A model generated the notes under the pieces. That model was given only the letters and a program-made list of their open reading frames with translations, was not told the DNA's origin and made no database searches. From IMG/VR virus record IMGVR_UViG_3300025009_000105, positions 1 to 62,857 of that record: a DNA stretch of 62,857 nt; one strand, 5' to 3'. Below are positions 62,738 to 62,857 of this stretch, one piece after another. The position numbers were made by a program, and so were the translations under genes. This stretch comes from a virus (lineage: Duplodnaviria > Caudoviricetes). Positions within the stretch are counted from its first letter, which is position 1. Each line of letters begins with the position of its first letter.

Positions 62738-62857
62738 CATACGGGCGGAAACACAAGGATGGGAAGGGTGACGAATGACACTATTTTAGTATGACATTCG
62801 GGGGAGGGGGGTCGCGCGCCGATACGCCTCGGGGGGTCGGGGGGGGGGCGCGCCCAC

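Noticed and set aside
1-62857. tRNA genes or alternative genetic code
   Set aside because: No cloverleaf with a T-loop consensus was noticed by eye (tRNAscan not run), and the long genes are intact in the standard code

Overview
The window looks like a complete or near-complete ~63 kb tailed dsDNA (siphovirus-type) phage genome. A monoderm host such as Chloroflexota is a guess from the GH25 endolysin, the absence of an obvious spanin pair and the TGnTATAAT promoters. Layout: (i) 0.4-5.2 kb, minus strand: array of small early genes, nearly all preceded by the same AAGGAGCATA-type leader, including an ArdA-like acidic protein and a single-domain beta-clamp homologue. (ii) 5.6-46 kb, plus strand: late region with GmhA, terminases, portal, a beta-helix module, protease/scaffold and major capsid, then an ~10.7 kb nucleotide-sugar/glycosyltransferase cluster (4,6-dehydratase, His-type PLP 3-dehydratase, heptose kinase HddA, receiver-like/nucleotidyltransferase fusion, SDR, five GT domains), holin, tail genes, paired fibres and endolysin. 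(iii) 46-62.7 kb, minus strand: replication/recombination arm with RecT, LexA-like HTH, replication initiator with iterons, DnaB, phosphoesterase and several DNA methyltransferases. Seven HNH-type genes are scattered through the genome. Five of them, and the replication initiator, have their own promoter followed by a structured RNA leader. No integrase, tRNA, CRISPR array or reverse transcriptase was recognised. All calls come from motifs read by eye; no database search or folding program was run.
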